This document shows positions 1 to 12,317 of a DNA stretch of 63,199 nucleotides, piece by piece. The notes below the pieces were generated by a model. It was not told the origin of the DNA. It was given only the letters and a program-made list of their open reading frames with translations, and searched no databases. The stretch is taken from assembly GCA_001929475.1 (NCBI GenBank), contig LXFE01000411.1, forward strand, positions 1 to 63,199, in the 5' to 3' direction. The position numbers and the translations under genes were made by a program. Origin of the DNA: Neolecta irregularis DAH-3. Lineage: Eukaryota. Each line of letters starts with the position of its first letter. Position 1 is the stretch's first letter.

Positions 1-1
1 A

Positions 2-227
2 TACAACACTTAGGCTAGTACTATAAACCTGGTCTTATTTGTACTCCGGAGCATCAAAGCTTACAGGACCCAACCATCGGTCCTCTACGGTATACCTTAC
101 CAATACAGTAATCAGGTGTTGGTGGAATAAGTTATAGCTATACCGGAGTCATATGTCCTGTGAGTTACAACACTTGGGCTAGAAATATATCCTGGTCTTA
201 TTTGTAACTTTTGGCATCAAGCTTACA
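2..227. repeat. Degenerate ~62-64 bp direct repeat, two copies (2-65 and 166-227)
   Basis: Copy 1 is tacaacacttaggctag...cctggtcttatttgtactccggagcatcaaagcttaca. Copy 2 is tacaacacttgggctag...cctggtcttatttgtaacttttggcatcaagcttaca. Confidence 0.85.
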
Positions 228-646
228 CTTTGTATGTTGGATAATGCTCTATCCACGCCAGAATCAAAGAATCGTTTTCACTTCATCTCATCTGAATCGG
301 TTTCTGATATATATCAGAACCCCCTGCAGAATACGCGCAGGTATGTCCCGGGCGCACCCATCGGCTGAATTGGCAGTCGGCAGGCGGCAATTACCTGACA
401 CGCTGCCTATTTAATCCCATGGGCGCTAAGCCAAGCCAGTGACACCGTCCATTCGCAGCACTGCCCCATGATCCAGCACTTTTGAATCCGCAAGAGATTC
501 TGACTGATTATGTTGTAATAGAAGACATGACGTGGGACTTTCTCTAGGTAGATGTGGTAAAATTGGCATATAAGTCATATGCATCATGATGTAGCATCAT
601 ATTATTCTGATTCATTTGGTTTAGATTGCTTATTTTCTATCTCCAT

Positions 647-712
647 AAACAAACCCTCATATAACGAACTGTAAACTCTGCCAAGCCAATTCGTTATATC
701 AAAGTTTGACTC
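647..712. mobile_element. Tiny degenerate MITE / TIR pair of pogo-Tigger (Tc1-mariner) type
   Basis: caaaccctcATATAACGAA (perfect arm 659-668) faces TTCGTTATATcaaagtttgact (perfect arm 690-699). This resembles the CAGTCAAACCTCGATATAACGAA-type TIR of pogo/Tigger elements. Confidence 0.5.
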
Positions 713-3700
713 CTTTAATTATCCAAAACAGGTCTTCTAATGAAAGTCCTGTTTAACTGATTTTCCTTTTATCTTGAGAAAATAATTTCCCAAGAAACTA
801 TTAGTGTACCCAAGAGTAGGGAATCTTTTCCTTATAGTTTATCACATCTCTTTTTTCGAAATTAAATAATTTTATGCGAGTTTGTATCCGAATGGACTTG
901 AGATTTACGGGTATTCTAAACGGTCCGTCACTATGTACGATATGGACTTCATCGTGAAATGGGGATACATCTAATGAGGCAGGACTTTGTAAAGGGATCG
1001 GGGAGGTTTATCAGAAACTGTAACGGAGACTCCTCCTGGAGCAGGTATGGATAGTGTGGAGGTACAATCATATCCCGGTGGAATAGGCCACATAGCCCAA
1101 GCACTTGTATATAATTAGCACCAGGTGGACAGTGGCCGTCTCTTATTAGTGACCACTCACTGCCACCTATATCACCTCTCCTCCGTGACAGAAACTGGTA
1201 TAGGTTTCAATAGATTAATATTGAATGATCAGATTGGAACTGGTTCGTATGAAAGGGGAAAACTAGTAGCAGATTGTGAAGACGGGTATAGATCGAAGGA
1301 AATACCCCTCCCCAATTCGTCAAAGACCATCCAAGCTCATGGTAGTGAACATATTGCTGAATTAGGTTACATTTGTGGTCGATGTCGATGCAATTGTAAT
1401 GAAAAGGGTGTCACTGGTGGAGAGATGGCTTGATAATACCAATAGTACTAGGAAAAAGTGGGAGGTTGAGAACAGAAAAAACAAGTGATGAAAAGAATAC
1501 TTGGTGCTTATTTGCGACAACACCTGCCTATACTTGTGAAAATACTTAATAGGATACCAAGTGCGGCTGAGATAAAGAGCAGGGAAGATCGCATGGACAG
1601 AAAGACGGTCAATTACCCTTCACGCAATCAACTTTTTCATCGTACAGCCTATTTATTCTCGTATGTCATTTGAGGAATTCAACGGAACGAACATAATAAA
1701 GAAAAGTGTCTTACTAGAACCGTAGAATCACATCTCAACAATCAATCGCACATGCTCATGTTTCAGCCTCATTCTACTTTTCTTACGTGCTTGCATTTCT
1801 GTTATGGGGTATATACCATGCACTCGAAATGTTCTGACGCACTCTAGAGTATATCGCAATCTCGACGTATCTGTATTCTGTGCGCCGGTTTTGTTTCCAG
1901 AGAACTCGATTGATTCATTCACATGACGATCGGTTTGCTGGTGATCTAACTTATATAACTTGCCTCTTGTAGCACAAGATACGATTGCATTGTTAACTTT
2001 CTTTGGTTATTGGTGGTTTACTGCGAGACTCATTATTCGCTTGTTCGAGTCTATATGAAATGACGACAAGGCTCAAGTTTCTAAAGGTCTCTGATTGACT
2101 AAATTGTCTCCCGCTCCATGCTTTATACCCATTCTATATTGTAGTTTGGAACTGTTACATTATACTATCGACTAGATAGTAAGTCGCACTGTATTCTTTT
2201 TTGAGGTATGTGTGAAGCACCGTAACATATCTATTGCAAATCTGGAAAACTGATTTGCAGTGAATATTCAGGGTCCTGAATCATTCCCTCAGGCTTGTAG
2301 CCACAAGAACCAATATGATCTGCAATATTTTGACATGATCAACGATTATCTCCTGGATTTGACCAATTACAAAAAGGTCATTTTACCTACTAGTAGGAAA
2401 ATATTCCTCTTTGCAAGATCATCTGCTAGACACCTTTCCCGAAATTCATGACAAGAAACGTCATTCGAATCTTGCACAGATTTCTACGAGTAACTGACTA
2501 GACAAACACAAGTACGTAGCCTCATTTAGTGTGAGTGAACAGATTCTGTCCAAGAACTCTGTTTGGTCTTTGAGCTTTGATGGTTGGTTTTGATTCGGCT
2601 CGCGACTTTTATCCAATGACTTGATTGTGACACACATTACATTCCCTACGCATCCAAACCAACTTACGCATGGGCAGCTAGTGTAAGACTAGTGTCGAAA
2701 ACCCATCGATAAACGCCAGTCTCATCGTAATCCCCCAATATAGTCTGAAACGTATCGAGGAATCGGATAATCGTTCGTCAGGAGCTTCCCCCTGTTCAGT
2801 TTTTCTTGGCTCGTGGGAGTGGGGGAGCGGGTGGGGCTAGTTTATTGGGAAAACGGGCCAGAACTATTCGACACATAGAGATCGATTTAAAATAGCTCCG
2901 GAGGATTGATTTGATCAGGTTTTCGATAATCAACCCCACTCGACCCGTGTCGAATGGAAGCAGATACCCCCACGCAACAAATCAACATGGAGGGGAGTAC
3001 TGTATAACCCAATCATTCAGTTAATCACTCAATCACCCGGGTTTTCAATTCTGATTGGACGCAATTTTTGTTTTGTTTTGGAATGTGATGTACACAAGAG
3101 TTTGGCCAGTCCGAGTTGGTGCTCGTCACGATGTGTAGCCGAGATGGGATAGTAAACCAAGACTATGATAATAACCTCCTATCAAGTACAATTGTTGGTC
3201 CATCCAGCTTTAAACCGAAAATGGACCATATTACCGATGAGTGGGGTCAATCCTATATCTAACGATGTGGATCCTCTTATCCCATTTGAATAACCTGACC
3301 TAGTATTGGATTTTATATTCATGATCATTAATTATAAAGCTGCAAGGTCGAAATCTTGAATAGAGAGATCAAGGCATGTTGGGGTCACCAGTAGGCAGTG
3401 TATACAAGAAATGGTGTACAGATCTTTCAATGGCGTCATACCTGTTAGATTTTCGGGATCGATCGTGACATGATCTCATAATCACTATCCGTCTTTGGAA
3501 GAACGGGTACACCTTGACTAGACAACTCAAAATGGCACTCATTGATTATTCAATCAAGCCCCTGAGAGAGCCGCTCGAGTGGATTTGTTTGCGGGTTTCC
3601 ATGGAGTATTCTCGCTGTTTCTGTGGAAGCAGAGAGGGGCATAAGGATTCCCTGGGCGGGCACGGTTGTTTTGCTGCCACAGCAGGGCGGGCGCGGGCTG

Positions 3701-3967
3701 GCGAGTTCTGGAGCCGCAACGAGGTCGCAAACAAAGCGTCATGGGCATTTCATGAAAACGCATATGATGCTGACTGCTGTCAGCATAGGCGGTTTCACCA
3801 TGCGAGCCGGTGGTTGTGAGACTGTGGTCGCCGCCGGTGTAAACGGCTGTGAGAGTTACTCGCGACGGGCAGGCCCTGGCGCGTGACGGGGTTCGCGGGA
3901 CACCACCACACGTGGATGCGATGGACATTGCTGTAGCGCAGCGTATGTGCCGCTATATGCCGCGAAG

Positions 3968-4003
3968 ATGCTGCTATATGCTGCGTATATGCTGCGTATA
4001 TGC
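3968..4003. repeat. Short tandem repeat of ~11 bp unit atgctgcgtat (~3.3 copies)
   Basis: atgctgctat-atgctgcgtat-atgctgcgtat-atgc. Confidence 0.8.
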
Positions 4004-4960
4004 AGGAGAGAGCGCCTGCAATGCCTCTATCCCGCTAACATACCAAGTGGGTATATCTGCGCTGCCATGCTGTTTAATTCTCAAACGCCAGGCCGGGAAT
4101 ATCCTCCGCCGTGCGCCCTGGCTGCCGCGCTGTTTCTGCTCTTGCCCGCTACTACTGAGGTCTCATCCTTTGGAACACCTCGGCTGCGTCGCCTGACCCG
4201 CGCGCCCTTGCTTGGCTCGAGCGCCTAATTACTAACACTGCCGTTGCTATTTACCTTGTGCTACTTCCTTTGAGAGCAGCGCGCGGCCATTCGAGCAGCA
4301 GTCCCCAAGGGCTCCTCCTTTGTTTGGCCTTGGCATCTCTGCTCGCCAATCAGCAGCAGTCTTGCCCATCAAGAACCCGAGCACCACCAGGCATTGGTCG
4401 TTTTTTACGTGTCTTGGTGACATCTCTGACGCACGCTACTGCTCGAGACTTTTTTTTAGTCGCTCAGACTATCGCACACGCAATCATCTGTGCCCTCGTC
4501 TATCGGGCCCCAGCACACCCGGACAAGCGGTAAATTCTTGTTTCGAATCTGGAAGCTATTCTCTTGGGCCGGCTTTATATTCGATTACCAAGTACCGTCT
4601 GACTGGCCACCATCATCGAACCCTTGTCCATTGTCACCAAAAGCCCTGCTCGCTTCCTTCCGCTCCCGGTCATTTAACCCTCGACATTCCTTTACATGGA
4701 AAGTGGTTTATAGCTCTGCCTCCAAAGCGACGACACCATTTCTGGACGGGTTCGGCCACGTCGGCTTATACATCTCGAGAGATTCCTGCCTGTCTCGTTC
4801 ACCAAAAAAGCCTTCCAAATCAAGTGGCCGCATATAGCCTGTCGTTCAAAAGAGGTTTGGTAAACAAAAAGAGAAATATCCAGCACAGGGTCCATATTTC
4901 AATCTTGTGACTCAAACCCTCTCGATCGCAGGTCTATGACTTCCTGTCGCTTTCCGTTGA

Positions 4961-6163
4961 ATGGAATCTGAGTGTCATGAGATACAGGACATTGAAAAGA
5001 CTCTCCCGCCCCTCTCACAGGCAGGTTATTTTCTCACTCTGTGCTAAATAGTGGATAGGCTGTTCCCGAGTTCCTGTCTCATAATCCCTTTTCCTCCCTT
5101 GGTGAACATACTTCACTTCTTCGGGACAGTAATTCGACGCTATACCGAGGCCCTCTTCTTCCAGCAAGATCTCACTATGACGAAATTGTGGCGAACTCCC
5201 GTCCTCATCGTCCAAGCCTTACTGCTCCTCCTGCGGGTTCGTTTATATCCCGCATGCTCTTACAATAGTTAATGGATTACCAGAATACAGGGAAATACCA
5301 CGATTGCCGTTGGCCCCGTTGTCTTTCGATAATCTTTCCCAGGGTCATTTTCAGAGTTCTCCACGCCCGCCTCTATTTTTTTTCGAATGGCCTGACCGAA
5401 ATTCTTCTCATCTCCCATTTGAATCAGTTCGGCAGCATCCACACCACCAACAATATAGCTATGAAAATCATGAACCAGTTACGCTTCCGTATTATCCAGT
5501 GTATCAATATCCATATCCCGAGCCACCAGCTGAGCCAGCTTATCGGCAGTTCACCAACCAGCCCTCGATGTCACATCCTTCGGTATTCCAAACGAACCCA
5601 TTGCCGCGCCTGGACCACCCTCCGCCTGTACGCACTACGACTCAGTCTCACAGGGTCGCGCCATCTTCTTTCTCGGCAATCCATCGACCTAATTATTCTG
5701 CTCATCCTTATCGTCGACCTCCACCCCCTGTTTCATCAAATCGGGCAGCAGAATACCAAATAGGCCAACAATTTCAACACCAAACTCTACCACAAAGATT
5801 GGTACCGACGCCTGCAGCAAGATATGTTGGTCAACCCAACTTGCCCGGAATTCCGATGCACTCCGGTTATGCCAATTTACCCGTAGCATCCTCAAGTAGT
5901 AATATCCCGGACCATGTCCCTCGGCAACGCAAGGGACGAGGAAATTTACCAAAGCATGTCACGACGTTGCTGAAGAACTGGTTGAATGACCATATTGACC
6001 ATCCATATCCTACTGAAGAAGAGAAAATCATGCTTGCTACTGAAACAAACCTCACTCTCAATCAGGCAAGCTTTTCTCTTCGACATTCTGCAAGACTCAT
6101 TATTAGATCAACAATTGGTTCATCAATCAACGGAGACGTCACCTTCGAAAACCCGGTGCGTGA
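4961..6163 (+). CDS. TALE-class (Homeobox_KN) homeodomain transcription factor, Cup9/Tos8/TGIF-like, with a long Pro/Gln-rich N-terminus
   Basis: ORF 5304-6188 has RKGRGNLPKHVTTLLKNWLNDHIDHPYPTEEEK (PYP loop). A GC-AG intron at 6066-6106 joins NLTLNQ to INNWFINQRRRHLRKPGA*. The 5' exons from ATG 4961 (MESECHEIQDIEKTLPPLSQ) are inferred and less certain. Confidence 0.9.
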
Positions 6164-6741
6164 TTCGATTCTGAGAATGTTTTTCTAGATTATCCTCCAT
6201 CGATCAACCATAACGAAACGTTTTCATTTAGTACTCATTCGATTCTTCATTGTATACATTTCTGGGAGCATGCAAAGGTATTTCTCCTTGTAGCATCTTT
6301 TTCACTGAGGGTTTTATCTTGTTTATCTTGATTTTTGAATATTTCGGTTATTTCAACGACACTTTATTCATTTTATTGACATGGAAATCTTTTCGTGGAC
6401 GGAATTTTATTCTCTGGACTGTTTTTACTTGATTCTCAAAAAAGATTTATTGTCTAGTTGGAGCTTTCTGATATGTATATAGTGTGTTGTGTCTTTTGAC
6501 TGTGTTTTTAAGCCAGTGGATGTAGATAGTGCATTATGGTTGGTGTATTGTGGGTGACCAGCGGGTCAAGATAACGACTTGGATCTAGAAAAGAATAGAG
6601 CGCTAATCATTGTTTCACATAGTATCACGGAAATTTTATTCTTGCCCTATACCATCTACGTCGTCTGATCTATTTGATCCCCGGTCTCTCTTTGCGAATG
6701 ACCGGGTTTTCGGTGGGTGTTCTATCCCGAAGGCAAGGATT

Positions 6742-7493
6742 TCATTCCGGATCTCTAGAATCCTCTTCATCGCTTTCTCTTCCTAGACTCTTGGAAAAAT
6801 CTGGACACGTCAACACACCCAAATTGAGCGAGATACTAACTTTCTTTATGAGCCTCCAAAGATCCACCCATGGGAACATCTTGAATAGCAACATAATTGC
6901 CTCCCTGCTCTTCAGCCCGTTTCTTCTCGGCTTCCATTCGTTTGCCCCATCCTCCTCGTCCACCATCATAATCTTCCCGATGTTCATCACGCACTTGACC
7001 CCCGCTTTTTCCTCTACCGTATTGGCGACCATCTTTGTATCCTGGATCCAGATCCGTTCGTACAGTTCTTTCGTCGAGTTTTGTGCTATTGATGTATTTC
7101 ATGCAATCTAGTGCAGCTTCGTGAGCGTAATACTCGACAAAACAGAATCCACAGGGCGTCTTTTGAAAACGGTCTAATCCCATGATAATCCGTTTAATCT
7201 CGCCACATCTGGTCCCCGTCAGTTTCTGATTATCCAGTAAATTTACTTTGAGAATAGTTCGTATATTTGCTCTTCGGTGGTATAAAACGATCTTGCAGGT
7301 TAGCAGAAAATAAAATGGCACAGATTGCAATATACAGATTTCCAACATATAAAGTAGTAGTTGATTTGACGGCCTCCCAAGCGTCCCGGTCTCTCTAGCC
7401 TGTTAAAAAAATGAATCTATCTATTTAGTATACTCCGCTTCTTCTCTCGAGGTAGGAACTCGGTTGATCAAGTTGGTCGATAGTCACAGTCAT
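6742..7493 (-). CDS. CBC2: Nuclear cap-binding complex small subunit (CBP20)
   Basis: Spliced [24 protein letters not shown], then [27 protein letters not shown] and [26 protein letters not shown]. The last exon is approximate. Confidence 0.97.
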
Positions 7494-7558
7494 TATCGAT
7501 AATTATAGCGAACGTCAAAGTTCTAGTGAATCAAAACTTGTAACCACACCCACGAATA

Positions 7559-10297
7559 ATGGTAAACTTGAAACTTCCTGATGAGCCCATTGAACAATGG
7601 CTTTCAAGTCTTCAGCGGCATCCAATATTTACCGACGATGTTTATCGTATAATATTCTCTTGGAAAATCGTCTGATTGTAAGCGGACAATATCCAGTCGT
7701 GTCAAGATACAAAAAGTTCGATTATAGCACTCCGTGGCGCCGACCTTTTCGTTGCATTAGGGAGCAAGATCAGATGTTTGGATATGCGAGAATGTAAATC
7801 TAAAGTGAATGAAGATGAGACTGGTTGTTCTAAATCTGTTTACACGGTATACCTTATTCATTTACATTTACCAATCCTCAGACTTTACAAACGCCTGAAA
7901 TCGATTTTCAGATTTATCAACTAGAAATTAGTAAAGCAGGAAGGTACGTTGTTGCTGTTGGCACCACTCGCGTTGCCGTGGTGACTTTGCCCCGTAAAGC
8001 GATTTCGAAAATAAATGAACAGCACTTCCGCTCAAAGTACTACAATTCACAAACCCAGGTTGATCTTTAGGACTCACCTTATTGGCAAGATATATCATTC
8101 AGAAGCTACAGGAAATCATATTGTCAAGGCTATCTGGCATCCTTTTGGCAAGAATGACGGGAGCCTGCTAGTCATGTCCTCTGACTCAATGCTGCGGTGA
8201 GAAACCATTCTATGAGAGGAACTTATAGTAGACTCTATGATTTGGCTTTGAGCTATAATGAACCTGAGCAAACGATCGATTTATTTCCTTCAAGATACGA
8301 AACTCGCAGTCTGAGCAACAAGAAGGGACTTTTTATCGCAGGAGAAGATGAGATAGAAGCTGCGTCCTGTACATTTGGGACTGGCACAGATGATTGGAGT
8401 CCTTTCTCTGTCTACATTGTTATGCGGAATGGCGATATATACGCGGTTTGTCCTGTAGTGCCGTCGCAATGGTATAACTCAATGGCAAATATGCCTGATT
8501 CTTAGCTCTGCATCAAGACTTTATCTTGATCGATTAGCATGTTATATCTCTGCAAAGTCAAGCCACGTATCAGAACTCGCTAGACAAGATCCGCAAAGAG
8601 ATATGAAAGCAGAAATTGATTTATATCGTCAGCAAACACGCTGGATATCCGATGTTCTCGGACAAGTCTCGTCCGCTGAGGATTTTGGACTGGGTTCGCC
8701 CTCTGCGGCCGAAGTAGATCACTCGCTGGTCAATTTCCGGAGACCAAATGTAGTTCGACCACAAGCAACAGTTCATGGACCGTTTCTATTTCAACCACCC
8801 CCTGCAGAATTCTCCACCCTTCAAACCGAAGCTACAGACATTCTCTCTTTGCCTACTAGCCCTGTTGGACTACTTGTAATATCGTATTCGGATGGGAAAG
8901 TAGATGTATGTATTGAGAGTGAGAAGATTGAAGCTTTATGGCTAGGAAAGCCGGTATGTCTGCTCTTATTCACATCTCTAAACTGCCAGGCATCCGACAG
9001 AGGTGAAAAATATTTATCTCTTCCTCCCGTATCCACATACGAATCAATCAATCTGAAATTAGGATATCAAGGACAAAAACCCGAAGCCTTCTCTAGAGTC
9101 TCGTTATGTCAAGATACTAGGCAGACTGAGATATTCTATGCTTATCACTCTGGGGGTGTTCATGCAATCTCAGTCCAGTCATGGATCTCAATGCTGGCTG
9201 AAGCTTTTGAGAATGAAAATGATTCGCTCCTTGAGGAAGTTTTTCAAGCTCGGAAACCTTCTCTGATTCGACAACTAGTAGACTCGAGGCCGTTGAGCCA
9301 GAAGTATATATTCTGATTCCAAAGAAAGCTAAGTTCTAGGGACGGAACTCCAATTGTTGGATGCTGTGTACTTTTAGACACCTATCTTGGATGTACCTTA
9401 CTTTCCTTGTCAGCTGAACTCCAACTTGTTGGATTTGAACTGGATGAAGGAGTTGCTTCAGAAGATGAATCCGACGAAACACCATTGGACAGCGATATGT
9501 CTAACATTCCCCGTTATCGTTCCTTATTGAGCCATCCAACTTATGGCTCTCTAGCTTTGGTCGAGAAAGCACCAGTTCAACCGAAGCTAATTATTCCTCC
9601 TTCTGCCAGAGGCCAGCTTGAAGTCACGGAAGACTCGCTTCGGTTCCTTGGGAAATCCGCCCAGGCGAACCGCGAACAGATGCACGCTCTGTACCTTGCG
9701 GCAGTCTCAATGCATCAACGGTAAGCGATACAAGGTTCTATTTTAATGACGTGAAGGCTCGATCTCCAGCTCCTAGAGCTGCAACGTCAGTTGGAAAAAT
9801 TACGTGAATCTCAGTTGAAACTCTCAACATCCAGTAATGCGGAAGAACGAGTAGAGAAAGCTGTTTCAATTCAAAAGGATCTACAAAATCGGGCAGACAT
9901 TCTTCTACAAAAGTTGATGAATAACCACTCTCCAATACTTAGTGATCACGAGAAAAAGTGGTTTGATGAACTGAAACGAATCAGTATTAGAATAGAAGGC
10001 AGTCGAGGCTTTGACCAGCGGCTACAGACGGTTCGAGTCCCCTGCCAATACCCTGTTAATGTATACAGGTCAGAAAAGACTGGCAAAGATTGAAACCTGC
10101 GATTGAAGAAGCGAAATCACTGGGAGAACAGCAGAATGCAGACCCAGAGACCTTGCGACGTAGAGAAGAATATGTCGTTCTCGGTACACTTTTGCAAGAT
10201 TCGTAAGTAGGGTCTCACTATTTGATCTGATCGTTGCAGCTTGAAAATCGTGAATCAAACTAAATCGCAGGTCGAAAAATTACTGAAGATTGACTAA
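7559..10297 (+). CDS. NUP82: Nucleoporin Nup82/Nup88 family
   Basis: Multi-exon gene. Beta-propeller motifs IVKAIWHPFGKNDGSLLVMSSD..RLYDL and WSPFSVYIVMRNGDIYAVCP, then GPFLFQPPP and a C-terminal coiled coil with LSDHEKKWFDELKRI. Confidence 0.85.
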
Positions 10298-10943
10298 ATT
10301 ATTCAACTCATTGCAATTTAAGTAATCTTGCCAGAAATGTATATTTTTGTATTCACAATAGAATCTCTACACGCCAGCAGCCTTGCCACGTGAGTTCATT
10401 CATTTGACATTTTACCTTGCTAATGTTGTCTATCCTCGAACATAATCATGTCAACTCCAACTCTTGGCTACTCTGCAGGAAGATGCAGTTGAGTTTCCCT
10501 TAAATATGGTTGAAAAAGCTGATTGATTTGACGAATGACACACAATCACTTAAGATGTGAAATTTCCATGTACTCAACAATCACTACTAAGGGTATTGCA
10601 TATAGTCATTTCATTTGCTTCTATGATTTCCAGTTGTCTGGCTTGGTTCTGGGTGTGAAACACCTCTATACAATTTTTTTCCCTTTAGGACTGTTTAAGG
10701 ATTATATTATTAGAATCTCTCAACAGATACACTGGTAATAAACTGACATTTCATTGATCCCAGTTCCTCAATTTATTTCATGCAATTTGGGTTTCCATTT
10801 CAAAAGGAAGACGTATGCGACATGACGTTTCCATTAAAAAAGAATAATAATGTCTTATAAGACAGTCCTACATGTGGAAAGTCAATGTCTCAGAATTCCA
10901 CCATATACAAAAGGCCAGACCTTTTCTCTTATTAATAAACACT

Positions 10944-12079
10944 ATGCAATCAGTAATGCTACAGACACAAGCATCTCTTTCTATCCTCGTTGAATCACCT
11001 CCATTAGTCTCATATGGACTTCCGAAAGATTCTACGGGTGCTTTGCTGAACGGGATCTTTCGGTTCGCCGTTCATGCACCATTTGTTTTCGCAAAGGAAT
11101 TTAGGCTCGAACTGATGTCTGATATACGTACAAAACGTCCTATCAAATCAGACTGTTTAAAGTGTATCTCGAGGAAATCTATTCTTTACGCTTGGAATTT
11201 TCTTCCTCTGACAACCCCATCGCGCCTCAAAATGGCTCAAGGGGCTCACGATTACCCTTTCAGCTGTTTAATGCCAGGAAATCTAGCTGCGTCGACGGAT
11301 TCTTCACTCGCGAGTATTGAATACCGACTTGTAGGTACTTTTGTCCCTACGAAAGGATCTCCCATCGTTGTCTCTGAACCCATTACTCTGTCGCGCGCAA
11401 TAATCCCGGGAAATGACAGAATTTTTCAACGCGTATTCCCGCCTACCCCAGTAACCGCTCGCATTGTTATTCCCAACACCTTGCATCCTCTGTTTCGAGT
11501 CGAAATGAAACTAACCATTACTGGTCTTGCCGAAGAAGTGTCAACATGGAAACTTCGGAAAATTATATGGAGAATCGAAGAGCTCTCAACCGTTTTCAGC
11601 CCACCTTGTCCCTCTCACTCTCGTGCTGCATCTGCCAGCGGTGTTTTATCAGAGGATGAAAGGACGATAGGTTCTGGGGAAATAAGGAAGGGCTGGAAGC
11701 CCAGTAATAACAACACTTATGTCCTTGAGACAGAGATTTCGACGATGGGAGACATCTCCTGTGACGTTGAAAGTTCAGCGGGTATCAGCGTATCTCACCG
11801 CCTGATTATCGAGGCGTATGTTTTAGAAGTGAAAAATGCAACCGGGTTTACCGGTAATGCTCGAATTTTGAGAATGCAATGCTCCATCATAATTACCAAT
11901 CCTTCAGGTATGGGGATCCCTTGGGATATGGAAATACCTCCCACGTAAGTGCATCACCATACAGCTCTTGGCTAACCATGAAAAGATATCTCGATGTTGT
12001 TCAAGACATTTCGCCACCTCCTTATACAAATCCAGTACAATCCAGCCTTCGACAGAGTGCTCACAGCTCTATACCTTGA
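10944..12079 (+). CDS. LDB19: Arrestin-related ubiquitin-ligase adaptor (LDB19/ART1/Any1 family)
   Basis: ILVESPPLVSYG..DSTGALLNG, GAHDYPFSCLMPGNL, RVFPPT, WKLRKIIWRIEE and TGNARILRMQ. One intron near the 3' end gives EIPPTY and SPPPY PY motifs. Confidence 0.9.
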
Positions 12080-12317
12080 GCCATAACTATGATCGCGGCT
12101 CATATGAGTGTTTCGATTCAATTGTCGAAAATGATTAACTTATTGATGTATCTATGGGGAGGATGTCCAGAAGATGTCCAGCTTCACTGTCTTGCACGGA
12201 TAAAAATGCATATTGTTTTCTTGTATGAATGTTTTCATGTCTACATATAAAAGTTTTGTTTGTCGAAATAACTCTCCTCTTGTCTTTTACTGGCTCTAAT
12301 TTCGGTAAATTTGGCGT

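Noticed and set aside
900-1673. Coding-looking sequence and short ORFs
   Set aside because: Frequent stops and no identifiable homology by eye; cannot call a gene or transposon.
3514-4910. Cluster of overlapping ORFs (up to 196 aa) upstream of the homeobox gene
   Set aside because: No recognisable domains, many have non-ATG starts, and they are expected in a GC-rich stretch.
440-4980. TGACA/TGTCA TALE-binding motifs suggesting autoregulation
   Set aside because: The number seen is about what a 5-mer gives by chance in 5 kb.
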